From assembly GCA_951406725.2 (NCBI GenBank), contig OX597822.1, positions 52,080,001 through 52,144,000 on the forward strand: a stretch of DNA of 64,000 bases. Reading direction: 5' to 3'. The position numbers were made by a program, and so were the translations under genes. A model generated the notes under the pieces. It was not told where the DNA came from, did no database searches, and was given only the letters and a program-made list of their open reading frames with translations. Below are positions 14,072-32,602 of the stretch, one piece after another; the first letter of the stretch is position 1, and every line of letters starts with the position of its first letter. The DNA comes from Octopus vulgaris (Eukaryota).

Positions 14072-14700
14072 ATATTGCCTTTGCACAGCTTCTAACGCTG
14101 GAGATGTATTACAGTGTTATCTGTTCACTACCAGTGAACTAAGGCAACACCTCTTATGTTTCGAGCACTTTCCGGAGTATTCGAGCAGTTCCAAAGCAGT
14201 GCTGTTTTCTGCAAATGATCCACCCTTATTGCAGCTTATATTTGTTCCACGTACTTCTCGAGATTTTTGTTCACTGTTCCCAGGGCTCCGACAATTATTG
14301 GTACTACTGCTACCTTTTTCATCGACCACAACTGCTTAACTTCCCAAGCAAACCTGTTATATCTCTCGACTTTTCTTTCTTCCTTATCGCTTACCTTGTT
14401 CTCAGTTGAACATGCTATATCTATAATCCAGCATAGTTTGTTTTCATTCTCAATTAAGTCTATGTCCGGCTTCCTATTCTCTATCTCATGGTCGGACTGA
14501 ATCATAAAATCCCATAGGATCTTTGCATTTCTATTTTCGACGATGCCTTCAGGTTTGTGGTCGTACCTTTTTTTTTATTCTGTCAAGTCCATACTTGTTG
14601 CAGAGTGTCCAATGGACAAGCCTGGCTATATTGTCGTAGCGTTTCTTATATGCCTTCTGGGCTAGTGACGTATATTGGCTGGTAATATGTCATACGGTTT
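14071..14700 (-). mobile_element. 3' end of an R4/Dong-type non-LTR retrotransposon (REL endonuclease) ending in (TAA)n
   Basis: ILWDFMIQSDHEIENRKPDIDLI...WIIDIAC...VVPIIVGALGTV. The 3' end runs directly into the (ATT)n tract at 13918-14070. Confidence 0.8.
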
Positions 14701-14829
14701 CACATCCAATAAGTCCTCTTCCCTCTCTTTTTGGGTGGAGTGACCTATATCAAGTTAGCAACTTCCATGAGATATTTCCAAGTGTACCCATTACGAACGG
14801 TATGACACTCAATTTCGAAACTCGGTGGA

Positions 14830-15310
14830 CGCCCTTGGTACTTTTTAATGCAGCCTACAATATCCTCTAATCACAGCCTCTAAAAGAAGCATGCAAGGAC
14901 TTGGTCTCCGTAACTCTATCCTCTATTCCAACGGTTCGTCTTCTACCTTTCCAGATAGGTAAAACATTGCTACGTTACTTCTAGTATGAAGCCCCATGCA
15001 CGGCCATTATCTTCCTAGCCTTTCTGTCCATGCTGCCCAGTTCCTCCTTTGTCCATCGCATAAATCCTGCGCAGTAACGTATCACACTTACAGCAAAAAG
15101 ATTGGTGACTCTCATCAGGTTTTCGACAATCAGCTTAGATCTTCAAAGCTTTTTTACTCTTCCTGTATATTCAGAAATATTTTCCTTCATCTTGGTGTTC
15201 ATCATCTAGCAAAACTGTGAAATACCAAGATACTTGTTCACTTCTCATTTACGCTCATCATCGGGAAATTCTACTTCATTACTGTTCACTTGTCACCTTC
15301 TCCTCAGTTC
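14830..15310 (-). pseudogene. Degraded R4-clade RT C-terminus/thumb fragment
   Basis: KYLGI...KMKENISEYTGRVKKL*RSKL..NLMRVTNLFAVSVIRYCAGFMRWTKEELGSMDRKARKIM. Confidence 0.7.
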
Positions 15311-15333
15311 AAGAACAGTGTGTTTATTTCGAC

Positions 15334-15415
15334 CAGTGGTTCCCAACCTGGGTCCACGGATCCCTGGTGGTCCGCAAAGATATTACTGGAGGTCCGTGTA
15401 CTAAATTCGAAATTT

Positions 15416-15446
<31 letters not shown>

Positions 15447-15524
15447 GTATGTATTATATTAGAATAAGCATATTAAAAGGGGGCCCTGTGAATACGCATT
15501 TAAAAAAAGGGATGGGAACTACTG
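15334..15524. mobile_element. hAT-type MITE
   Basis: Imperfect TIRs CAGTGGTTCCCAACC / GGATGGGAACTACTG. Confidence 0.55.
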
Positions 15525-16304
15525 ATCGAGACCAAATGCTATCTGGATGTTAAGTGAGAAAATTCGTACGTCCTAAAAAAGGGAGTCCACTTAAACTCCT
15601 TATACTTCTGTCACCATGAGTAATATCAGGAGATGCGGTATACTTACAATAATAATAATTTAAATTCCAAAGTTACTCGTAACGTGTCAATTAACAGTCT
15701 AATTAAATCATGATTTCAAATTCTGGCGGCAATTTTGGGATAGGGTGTAAGTCAATTACAATGACCCCAATACTGAAATAGTACTTATTTTATCGATCCC
15801 GAAAATATTAAATGCAAAGTCGACCGCGGCAAAATTTGAACTCGGGGCGTAAAGACGGACGAAATGCTGCTAGGTATTTTGCTTGGCACGGTAACGATTC
15901 TGCCAGCTCGCTGCCTTAGCTTAGATAAATAATAACAGTCATTTGTGAAATAGGTAAATGACAACAAACGTTTATAGGAACAAAACAAAACAATTTTATC
16001 TACAAAATTTATTTTAAGGTAATAAATATTTGAAGATTAAAAATATATTTTATCAGTTCATATAAGCACAAGAAAATGTGTTATGTTTCTAAATTTTATC
16101 AACGCGATCTTTATTTATTCCACTCAAAACCTATCACTGCAAGTTTGAATTCCTCATATAATTATTCTGTTATATATCCACACTCTTCGTCATCCTTTTC
16201 TTCCTCTGTTCCTATGGTTCTTTCTATCTCGCTGTGTTACTTTTTTTTACTAATGGCCTGCCGCTATGCCTGGTGTATTACTTCTTATATTAATTCTCTC
16301 TAAA

Positions 16305-16530
16305 GGCGGCGAGCTGGCAGAAACGTTAGCACGCCGGGCGAAATGCGTAGCCGTAATTCGTCTGCCGCTACGTTCTGAGTTCAAATTCCGCCGAGGTCGA
16401 CTTTGCCTTTCATCCTTTCGGGGTCGATAAATTAAGTACCAGTTTCGCACTGGGGTCGATATAATCGACTTCATCCGTTTGTCTGTCCTTGTCTGTCCTT
16501 GTTTAGCCCCTTGTGGGTAGTAAAGAAATA
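16305..16530 (+). mobile_element. SINE family A
   Basis: Near-identical to 1647-1880. Confidence 0.88.
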
Positions 16531-17084
16531 TATATTAATTCTCTTTCTCTCTTTTTCTTTCTTTCTTTCTTTGTCTCTTACTCTGTTCACCCCTCTCTCT
16601 CTAAAATGTAAATCAAAAGCTTGACTGGGGAAATCAACGAACCAAGAACCAACCAAGATTTTTTTCGGCCATTATTATATCGAGATGTCTGAAAGTTTGA
16701 GATTGTTTGTTATGTCAACACATTTCTTTTAACTATAAACTTCATCTTTGGGTATGAAATCGTTTTATTTTGTTTGTTTGTTGGTCAATATTTTCAATCT
16801 ACATCTGACTTTTATCTCTGATCATCATCAACAGATGTCTTATTCTTGGTTGAATTGGTAGTACTAAACTGTATTGGAACAAGAGACATTTTATTTCTAA
16901 ATGAAAGATGTTAATGTTGTTATCCACCTAACCACTGACAGAGATGCTAAGTTTGTAATTCATAATCAGGAAAAAGACAGCGATCAGAGATCAAACTAAT
17001 CGAAGAGAAGTGATACCAATATTGTTTACAATTTTGGCAAACGGCCAACAATTTTGAGTGATGGGGTAATAGATTGTTTGTTGT

Positions 17085-17375
17085 TTGTTCCTACTCGAGC
17101 CATGCCTGGCTCATAAGGGCCGGTTTCCTGGTTTCTTGCCGTATAGGTTCCCCACCTGGACGGGACGCCGGTCCATTGCAGGTGACCTGCAAGATGCAAG
17201 AGGAAAGAGTGAGAGAAAGTTGTGGCGAAAGAGTCAGCAGAAGTTTCGCCATTACCTTCTGCCGGAGCCGCGTGGAGCTTAGGTGTTTCGCTCATAAACA
17301 CACACATCGTCCGGTCTGAGATTCGAACCCTCGATCCCTCGACCGCGAGTCCGCTGCTCTGACCACTAGGCCATG
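17085..17375 (-). mobile_element. SINE family C
   Basis: Homology to 3055-3366. Confidence 0.78.
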
Positions 17376-17635
17376 CTTATTCCCAAGAGAATGACAAACG
17401 AAGTTGACCTATGTGGGATTTCAAATGAAAACATAAACAGTCTGAAGAAGTACCGCTAAACGGTTTGTCCAACGCACTAACAATTGTGCTGGCACACCAC
17501 CTTAAAGAAGGACTCAACGCGCTGCCCGTTGCAGGAATTGAATCTACGGCACTATGATCGTCAGCCGAACATCCTACCCACTATCCCACGCAGTTGTGAT
17601 ATCGTTATTATAAACTTTTTACAAACGTTTTAGCT

Positions 17636-17675
<40 letters not shown>

Positions 17676-18605
17676 AGCTCCTTCCCAAGACTCATAAGGT
17701 CGGTTTCCCGGATTCTGTGGTGTATATATTCCCCACTGGACGGGACGCTGGTTCGTCGCAGAAATACTCATCTTTTCCCACCTAATAGGACTGAAGCAAC
17801 ATGAAATGAAATGTTTTGTTCAAAAACACAGCGCACCGCCCAATCCAGGAACTGAAACTATAATCTTACGATCACGAGGCCAAAGACATGTGTCCCCACT
17901 TTAACTCTAAAAGATGAATTTAATAGTTCGAAGTATTATAAACTTATTGTACTGCTGATTCAGTATATTGTAAATGGTGAATAAATGCAAAAGATATATC
18001 GTTATATCAGGTTGTAAGCCTCGCTTTCTTGAAATTTAAATCTCACTGGATGTGTTACTTTACATTTCGTTCACTGCACACATGCATAAGTACTTCAGTG
18101 ATATAAAATACAAGCATAAGAATGATTATACAAAATATATGATCAGTGAAAAGAAATCATTGAATAACCCATACACATACTGCTTGAAAGAATTTAATAG
18201 CCTAAAGAAAAATCAATGCAATGCGAGGCATCTATATAGGAAACTGAGGAAAACAGCAGTAGAAAGTGTCACATCGGAATATAAAAAAAGTTCTGTTCGC
18301 TTCTAATTTCAAGATGGAAATTAATTAAATGAACCAAATAGACCTGATACTTAAATATATTTACTTAAAGGATATAAATAAAGTTGTAAATAAAACAAGA
18401 AGAATAACAACAACAACAACAACAAAGCAAGCAAGCAAAAAAAAATATAATGTTATGGAATGCTTACAGGATCCTGAACATCGTTCTCCAATTTAAGATC
18501 ATTGACAGAACAGGTATTTCTTGATCACAACTTGGCATATCTTCTATAGCGATACAATGACGCTAACTATAGATTTCTACTCCATGTTGACTCTTTCATG
18601 TCGGT

Positions 18606-24065
<5,460 letters not shown>

Positions 24066-24344
24066 TTCCAGACATTTTTGATCCCCAGACACAAGATAAA
24101 CTGTTTTTACTTCAAATTTTTATAAAGTTTGATATTTGATAAGATGCTATTAATCATCATAACCGTTCCCGATATTTTCTTTATATGATATTTAAAAGCA
24201 TTTTTATTAAATTACTTCTTAAAATGAAATGTCTTAGATCTACTTCTGCGCTATTTCGACCTCTATCTTTTATATATAAAAATTTGATTTGTATAGATCT
24301 CTAATCTTTTCTCAACTATATATATATATATATATATATCTTTT

Positions 24345-24426
<82 letters not shown>

Positions 24427-24432
24427 ATGTAT

Positions 24433-24699
24433 AAACAATTCCAGCGTGAAAAGGTGTTTATAAGCCATTTAAGAAACACACAAAAACCGTTAGATTCACT
24501 TCAACATTTACATTTAATTTGCCACAATATTTTCGTCGCTTTCAGACCGCGACCTGCACGGAATTTTGTCAGTAAACAGGTCGCGGTCACAAAGAGACGA
24601 ATATATTTTGGCAGATTAAATTTAAATGTTGAAGTGAATCTAACGGTTTTCGTGTGTTTCTTAAATGGCTTATAACCACCTTCCACGCTGCAATTGTTT
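24433..24699. repeat. Fold-back inverted repeat, ~123-bp arms, 20-nt spacer
   Basis: 24433-24556 is an imperfect reverse complement of 24577-24699. Confidence 0.9.
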
Positions 24700-24753
24700 T
24701 CATTCCAGCACAGGATCTCAGATCAGGTCACTTGCTATGCAAGTACATCCCCG

Positions 24754-24791
<38 letters not shown>

Positions 24792-25100
24792 TCAGTCATA
24801 CTCTCCGAGTTACAAGTCCGAACAAGGTAGGTTATGGAAGACCAGCTGTCATCCATGCATACCAGCCTTCCCTCTCCAGGCCAGCTGTTATCAAGGGAAA
24901 TGTAAAGGCCAATACAGATTGCCACCATTTCCATAGATGAGTGAACTGAAGCAACTTGAAATAAAGTATCTTGCTCAAACCACAGCACACCACCCGCTTC
25001 TGAAATTGAACTCTGTACATCATACATCATTATTGTGGGCCCGACACTCTAACCACTGAACCAACCATTCGCCTTCACTCTCTCTCTCTCTTTCTCTCTT

Positions 25101-25140
<40 letters not shown>

Positions 25141-25173
25141 TAATGTATATATATATATATATATATAATTATA

Positions 25174-25238
<65 letters not shown>

Positions 25239-26351
25239 TAATAAAGACTAAAAATCATTAATGATTCTACCAAGGGGTCGGCGCGAAAATAAAAATCTTA
25301 TAGGTAGATTTTATAAATATTATAATAATTATATACATAATTATAACAAGGGATTGGCTATAAGACTCTCCATGCACTAGAAATAGACGCCAAAAGACGC
25401 TAATACATACTTACTTTCAAGGTGAGCAAAAATGTACGTACGCCGCCATATGTATATATAAATCCATAAATTGGAACAACAACGCAACAGACGACAATAA
25501 AACATCCTGACAGATAGATGATACAAAGACGGACAGGAAAAATAACAAAAAGACGTACAGGAAAAATCAAGGATGTGTCATTCGTAGCCTTCTCTCACCA
25601 GTCAAGTTTCCAGATCACGCTTACAGTTTCGGTCGGTTACATTTGAGACTGTTCAAATCTGTCTGGCTCAAGAGCATTTAATTTTGGTGGAGAAAGCGAG
25701 CGAATTTGTGCGGCAATAAAGGCAAAAAAAAAAAACGGAGAAAATGTTACACAGTTACAAATACAAACAACAAGAAATAACAACAGATGTCTTTTGGGCA
25801 ATAAATACGAGTCACGTTGAGCTGGCGTGTGTAGAGTGAAAGCTTTGAAGCAGGAACATAGGAGTTGAACATAAGGGACGAAAGTTATGAGACAGGAATA
25901 TAGGAGATGCCTCGCGGCCTGCAGTCGAGGCAAGAATGAAAGATTATGCTTGGCCGAACACCGGTCACGTAGAAGGAAAGGAGAGAGGTGGGGGCTAGAG
26001 GGATTGAATAATTAGGGGAAGAACTCAAAGGGACATAGAGAAAGGTATAAAGGAGGGAAAGTAGTGAGATTAAAGAAAGAGAAAGTCAAGAAATGTGAGA
26101 GAGGGGAAGCGAGAAAAAGAAAAGAGGAAAGAAAGAAGAAAGTATAAGGGGGATTAAAAGAAAGAGTAAAAGAGTCGTACAGAATTTAGATACATACTTA
26201 CAAAGTGAACAAAACTGTACGTACGAGGTCGCTATATGTATATATAAATAAAAAAATGTAACAACGGGAAAAAAGGACAGATCATTCGTAACCTTCCTTC
26301 ATTAGTCAAGTTTCCAGATCATCCTCACAGTTTCGGCCGGTTATATATATG

Positions 26352-26409
<58 letters not shown>

Positions 26410-26629
26410 TATACAATATGTTACATTACTCGGTAGTCAAGATAAAACTATATATATATAGTTTGTTTGGTAAAGCACGTGGGTGAATATATAAGAAAAT
26501 AGTAAAGTGTGAAAAAACGACAGAAGGCTTAAATGTTAAAAAATATATATATTTGTGTCAAAATGTCTGGAGAATATTGGAAAAAATTTTTTTCCCTTTC
26601 CTTAAAATGACATAATTTTAAAATTTTTG

Positions 26630-26669
26630 AAGAAATTACCGGTTTCGCGTGTAGCTTTTCAAATTTCTT
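26630..26669 (-). ncRNA. Second copy of the U3:A8 hammerhead in the other pseudo-LTR
   Basis: Exact reverse complement of 29211-29250. Confidence 0.75.
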
Positions 26670-26805
26670 GTGACGTTATGTTTATATTGCATGGAATTAT
26701 CGTTGTTTTTATTTCCAGGAGATTTCTAAATAAGGGGAGGTAGTGAGTGATTTTTTCCGGTGTAGGGGAGATAATCGCTTAAAAATTTTTTTTCCTTTTT
26801 CCTTG

Positions 26806-28835
26806 TTAATTTCTCTGTGTCAGTATGTTCGGATGGTTGAGTCTGGGTTTGTACTTTTCAATGAAGAATGTTTCCTTGTTCAGTCTCATTTGTGTTGATG
26901 ATCCGAAAGCACATTGGTAAAATGGGAAGATTAAAAATTGTGGCAGTAGTTGCTTTGCGCATTTCTCAATGTGCTCACTAAAAGGTATCATTCTATATTC
27001 TGGGAATGCAATCTGTTGTCGATGCAGTGTGCATCTGCGCCTGAGTGATAGTCCCGTGGAACCCACGTAGTCTTGGTGGCAGCCCGAGCATTTAATAACA
27101 TAAATTATGTTTTCAGAGGCACAAGTAAAGTTAGATTTGATCTTAAATTTCTGTCCCTCTTTAAAGAAGAATTCTGATCCTTCCAATAGGTTAGGACATG
27201 TTGCACAGTTCGATCTACCACATTTTTTTACTTTTGCATCCGTAATTTTAGAAGACAATTTTGCCTTTGTGAGAATCTTTTTAAGTGATTTAGGCTGTTT
27301 GTAGCTTTTAATGATTTGGTGTATGTTTAGAATTTCCTTTAATTTTGGGTTTTTATGAAGTATTGGTAAATTCTGGGTGATGATGGTGAAGGCTTCTTTG
27401 TTTCTGGGGTTGTATGTAGATATGTAAGGTAGTATTTTCGGGGAAGGTGTGTTGTTGTGTTGAACTTTTCTTAAAGTTTCTATGTTGATTTATGTTGCAC
27501 GTCTGATCCCATCCTCTATGAGTTGAGCTGGGTAATGTCTGTCAATTAGGGTGTTTTTGAGTTGTTGCAGTCTAAAGTTCCTGGTATTTTGTTCTGACAC
27601 TATTGTGCATATCCTTCTTGCAAGGTTGAAGGGGATGTTTGTTTTAGTGTGTCTTGGGTGGCATGAATTAAAAAGAAGGTATTGTTTGGCGTCTGTGGCT
27701 TTGTAAAAATGTCTGTTTCTATTTTAAGGTTAATTTTTTAATTAGTATATCCAAGAACGGGAGCTCCTTTTGGTTGTATTCCATTGTGAACTGTATATTT
27801 GGGTTTATGCTGTTCAATAGGTTTTTAAATTTTAGGAGTTTATCTATGTTTTCATTCCAGAGAATGAAACAATCGTCTAGGAATCGTTTCCAATTCTCTT
27901 TTATGTATTGAGAGAGGGAGTTTCCAAAGATTGATAGAGATTCCTGGTAAATGATTATTTCCATGTATCCCATTGTTAAGTTCGCAATGACTGGTGCTGC
28001 CCTTGTACCCATAGCAATTCCGGATTTTTGACGGTAAAATGTATTGTCAAACATGAAGTGGTTATTGTGTAGGATGAATTCAATTGATTTAGTAATGAAT
28101 TCCTTACTGATCCTTTTTGGTATTTCTTCCGGAAATTGGTCTAACCAGAATTGTATTGCCTCCAGTCCATAATTATGAGGTATACTGGTATACAAGTTGA
28201 CTACATCAAATGAAACCAGGATTGTTTCTTCCTTGGTTTTTTTTTGGAAGGTGGTTTAACATATCTAAGTCATCTCTGATATGGCTATCGATATGTTTAA
28301 GGAAGGGTTTCAAGAGGATGTCCATAAGTAGACTTAGTCTGTGTGTTTCACAGGTTGGGCCAGCTGCAATGGGTCGTAGTTTTAGGTCCCCCGGATTAGG
28401 TGTGTGTATGTATGTCTTTGGTGATTTTTTAATGGTTTCATTTATAATTTGACTTTTATGAATTTTTGGCAGACCATAGAAAAGGCTAGGTTTGCATTTA
28501 AAGTTTGTTAGGAAATCAATCTCTTTGGTTGTCAGTTCCTTTTCATGGGTTTTAATTAGTGAAGATAGAGTTTTCATTATTTTTTGTGGGGTGTAGTTGG
28601 TAATTTTTTCATAATGTAGGTCTTCATCAAGCAAGGAAATTACAAGATTTCTGTAGTATGATGTATCCATTATTACAACTGCATTTCCCTTGTCCGCTTC
28701 CTTAATGGTTATATCTTCATCATTTTGGAGTTCTATCAGTTCTTTCCATTGTGTAGTGTTAAAATTTGGGTTAGCTTTCTGTTTATGTATAGTATGGTAG
28801 GGGAAGTTCTCAATGTGGTTACAGAATTCGTCCAC
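26806..28835 (-). pseudogene. PLE reverse transcriptase + Cys-rich linker + GIY-YIG endonuclease, frameshifted
   Basis: Motifs IKEADKGNAVVIMD, FYGLPKIHK, LRPI, SFDVVNLYTSIP, GIAMGTRAAP, KRFLDD, LPFLD and KCGRSNCATC...NIIYVIKCSGCHQDYVGST. Frameshifts near homopolymer runs at ~28240 and ~27710-27735. Confidence 0.9.
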
Positions 28836-29210
28836 TCAGGCGCAGATGCACACTGCATCGACAACAGATTGCATTCCCAGAATATAGAATGATACCTTTT
28901 AGTGAGCACATTGAGAAATGCGCAAAGCAACTACTGCCACAATTTTTAATCTTCCCATTTTACCAATGTGCTTTCGGATCATCAACACAAATGAGACTGA
29001 ACAAGGAAACATTCTTCATTGAAAAGTACAAACCCAGACTCAACCATCCGAACATACTGACACAGAGAAATTAACAAGGAAAAAGGAAAAAAAATTTTTA
29101 AGCGATTATCTCCCCTACACCGGAAAAAATCACTCACTACCTCCCCTTATTTAGAAATCTCCTGGAAATAAAAACAACGATAATTCCATGCAATATAAAC
29201 ATAACGTCAC

Positions 29211-29250
29211 AAGAAATTTGAAAAGCTACACGCGAAACCGGTAATTTCTT
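29211..29250 (+). ncRNA. Minimal type I hammerhead ribozyme, U3:A8 variant, in the PLE pseudo-LTR
   Basis: AAGAAAU-UUGAAAA-GC(UACAC)GC-GAAAC-CG-GUA-AUUUCUU: 7-bp helix I, 2-bp helix II and palindromic ACCGGU helix III. Confidence 0.75.
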
Positions 29251-29384
29251 TAAAAATTTTAAAATTATATCATTTTAAGGAAAGGGAAAAAAATTTTTTC
29301 CAATATTCTCCAGACATTTTGACACAAACATATATATTTTTTAACATTTATGCCTTCTGTCGTTTTTTCACACTTTACTATTTT

Positions 29385-29461
<77 letters not shown>

Positions 29462-29464
29462 ATA

Positions 29465-29848
29465 CTAGCAGTATCGCCCGGCGTTGCTCAGGTTTGTAAG
29501 GGAAATAACTATAAAGCATTTTTAGAGAGTTATAGCCAAAAAAGAGCAAAAAAATGGAAAAAAATGATGGTGAATTTTTTATTTTAAATTAAAAAAGGTG
29601 GAGTTGCGTCCCCTAGACAGTTTGTTGTTTGTGTTTATGATTCTCGACCCCATGTCGAATTTATCGATTTTTTTTCAGAACTGGGGGAACTTTTCAAAAT
29701 TTTCGCTGCGTTAGTTTTGAATTATGACATTGGGCTATGTGTGTGTCAAGTTTCATCACAATCGGTTGAAAGCCGTGGTCAGGGTGAGGGTACAAGCAAA
29801 CAGACACACAGAAGCACGCACAGACAAACTGCCGTTTATATATAGAGA
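29465..29848 (-). mobile_element. Non-autonomous Helitron (same family as 723-1096)
   Basis: Reverse-complement homologue with the same TC / hairpin-CTAG ends, inserted in (TA)n. Confidence 0.82.
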
Positions 29849-29969
29849 TATATATAAATATATATAGTGAGAGAGAGAGAGAGACGTATATATATACTTC
29901 GTATTCTGGTTTGCAAGATTCTTTTTATGAATTCGTGCGCTGAAACAAGTTTTGTGACTGTAACTAAAC

Positions 29970-30950
29970 TGAAGAAAACTGAGAGGAGCATAATGGCGAT
30001 CATCCAGCACGTAGCTAACTGCAGCGACCAAATATATCAAGGTAACTATAGATTACCCCCACTAGGCACCCTAACAATAGACTCCCTGTCCTTGATACTA
30101 AACTTTGGTTACACATTGTAAACAACAGAGTGCGGCTCCTCCAGTCCTATTACGTGAAACCCATAGCTTGTAAATACGTTGCTCGCAAGAACTCAGCCTT
30201 CTCACACAATATGAAAATTATCATACTGATAGCAGGCATAGTTAGGATAAGGAATAACGTGTCTCTCCTATGCGAACCCTATGACACAAGGAAACATACA
30301 GAACATGCACTGCATGCAATTCTCTCGATATGACCAGAAAGACGATTCGTATATACGGAGGAGCTAGAAATAAATTAGATAACATCATATGTAATGAAGT
30401 CAGGGGTACTCTCCTTAGATACAGAGGTAAAACATGGAATAGTATACAGAGGATTTGCGACAAAGCAAACAGAGTGAACACGTGGTAGAGGGCTGACAAA
30501 TATCAAGGTGATGCTTGTAGATGCTTGTCACACCTCATGGGGAATTAGCCCATAGATTTAGGAAGGCTCTGAAGGAAACAAAACTCAACATTAAGATCGT
30601 CGAGAAGCCAGGGAGCCCCATCAAATCCCAGTTATGGAGGACGTACCCCTTCGAAAATACCACATGCGCTAATGAAAACTGCGTAGTGTGTAAGATTAAC
30701 CCTGGCGTTTACTGTCAAACTAGAAATGTATTCTACAGCATAAGGTACACTGAAGGCGTACTTGTAAGGACCAAAACACAGCATACATTGCAGAGACCTC
30801 TAGAAGTAAAGTGGAAAGATTAAATGTACACTGGAGGCAATATGATGACAAGAAACAGTCCTCCATACTCTATCAGCATGCCAAAGACCAACATTGAGAC
30901 ACACTGGGCCGAATTGACAGCCGCATTTCATCCAAGCACCCGAAATGAGT
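29970..30950 (+). pseudogene. Degraded PLE (second family): RT C-terminus/thumb and GIY-YIG region
   Basis: Frameshifted peptides ERSIMAIIQHVAN..KVTIDYP, YYVKPIACKYVARKNSAF, TPHGELAHRFRKALKETKLNIKIVEKPG, CANENCVVC..CQTRNVFYSI and YIAETSRS..SSILYQHAKDQH. Confidence 0.72.
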
Positions 30951-32531
30951 GGAATTTGAGCCGGTGAGTGTAGTAGTTATTAAGGCAGTATGGCTCTCCA
31001 CAGACACAACAATATATATATATGTATATAAGGCGCAGGCGTGGTTGTCTTTCTCGCACATATATATATATATGGGAATAAGAATCTTCAATGGTAATAA
31101 TTATTATTAAAATTATAATTTAGCGTATCTAAGAGATACCACCACGCTTGAAATAGCAGCCAAAACTTGACTCTAAAACCACATTAAAAGTTCATATAGC
31201 ATCAGGAGAGATGACAAAAAGACAAAATAAACTAGCAAAAAAATTACCGGCTATCGTAAACCATAAACCATCAGTTTACTAAGATACACCCATGTCGTTT
31301 AGTATTCGCAAAAATATGACTCTTTCGTTATCATCCACTGGAGTACTCATTTAGTTCTTTTTATAAGGTTGGTATATATTTCATCTGGGCCCTTTGGTCG
31401 AATAGCTAAGTTAAGGTGACATAAACAAACCAATACGGGGTTTTCAGGCGATGGTTTTGATGAACAAACACAATCACAAAGACACACTAACACACATATT
31501 TTTCCCATGGGCTTCCTCACAGCTTCCGTGTACCGAATCCTATAACAAAGCATTGTAGAAAACACTATTGTAGAAAACACTTGCAATGGGGCTGAACTTA
31601 AAACCATATGGTTGCAAAAATAAACTCCTTAACCACTTAGTCAAAACTACCATTTTAAATTAATTTTTAAAATTATGAAGTATTAGTAAAATGACTGTCT
31701 TTAATTTGGTGTTTGGAACATAAATTAAGATGCAGGTTTGAAGAAAGATTTTCAATCTGGATCACTTTAAAACACAAATTTTGTATAATAAAACCAAGTG
31801 TGAACTGAGGTTCTGCGAATATATAATTTATTCATAAGATATATTTTCCACCAGTACTACACATGGTGGAGCGTAGTATTCGTACATTGTAACAGTCTTA
31901 AAATTGTCAGAGTATTGCTCACATGAAATTTCAAATATGTATTCACAAGTAATTACTGTATATTCATTAAATAAAAAGTTCACAAATTAAAGTTACATTT
32001 TTAGTATATGTCTAAGTGTAAGGATATGTCAATATTGGTTTCTGAATAATGATCAGGGACAGCAATTCTGAGGGTAGGGGTTAGTCCTGCACTAACCCCT
32101 ACATTACATGTGGACTTTATTTTATCAACCACAGAGAGACAAATTTGATCTCGGAGAGATTTGAACTCGAAACGTAAAGAGCTAGAACAAATACGGCAAA
32201 ACATTTTTTCCGATGCTTTAGCTAGTCACATCGTCGCCCAAACAATTTGAGTACACATTAATATTACTCTAGATTTAGTTACAAGGCCGGGAATATTTTT
32301 AGGAGAGGCATGTTAGTCGATTACTTCAACACCAGTACTTAACTGATACTTTATTTTATCGACCTCGAAGGGATAATATTCAGAGTTAACCTCGGCAGAA
32401 GCTCAGCTCAGAATATAAAGCGCCAGTAAAAATGCCGCGAAGTATTTTGTCCAACTCTGATAATTCAATCATCTCGCCTTCCAGTGGGAATATAAATATC
32501 AATGAACATTCATTTCAAAACGTGATAAAAG

Positions 32532-32602
<71 letters not shown>

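Larger units (their letters stand above)
26461..29392 (-). mobile_element. Penelope-like retroelement (Neptune-type), 5'-truncated, with an inverted partial pseudo-LTR
   Basis: RT plus GIY-YIG frame on the minus strand. 28833-29392 is a near-identical inverted copy of 26487-27047. Both ends abut (TA)n. Confidence 0.92.

Noticed and set aside
25405-26343. Hammerhead in the ~770-bp-period diverged direct repeat (also related to a piece of the 1.36-kb array)
   Set aside because: Only partial core-like words (CUAAUGA/CUGGUGA...GAAU) without consistent helices; treated as repeat debris.
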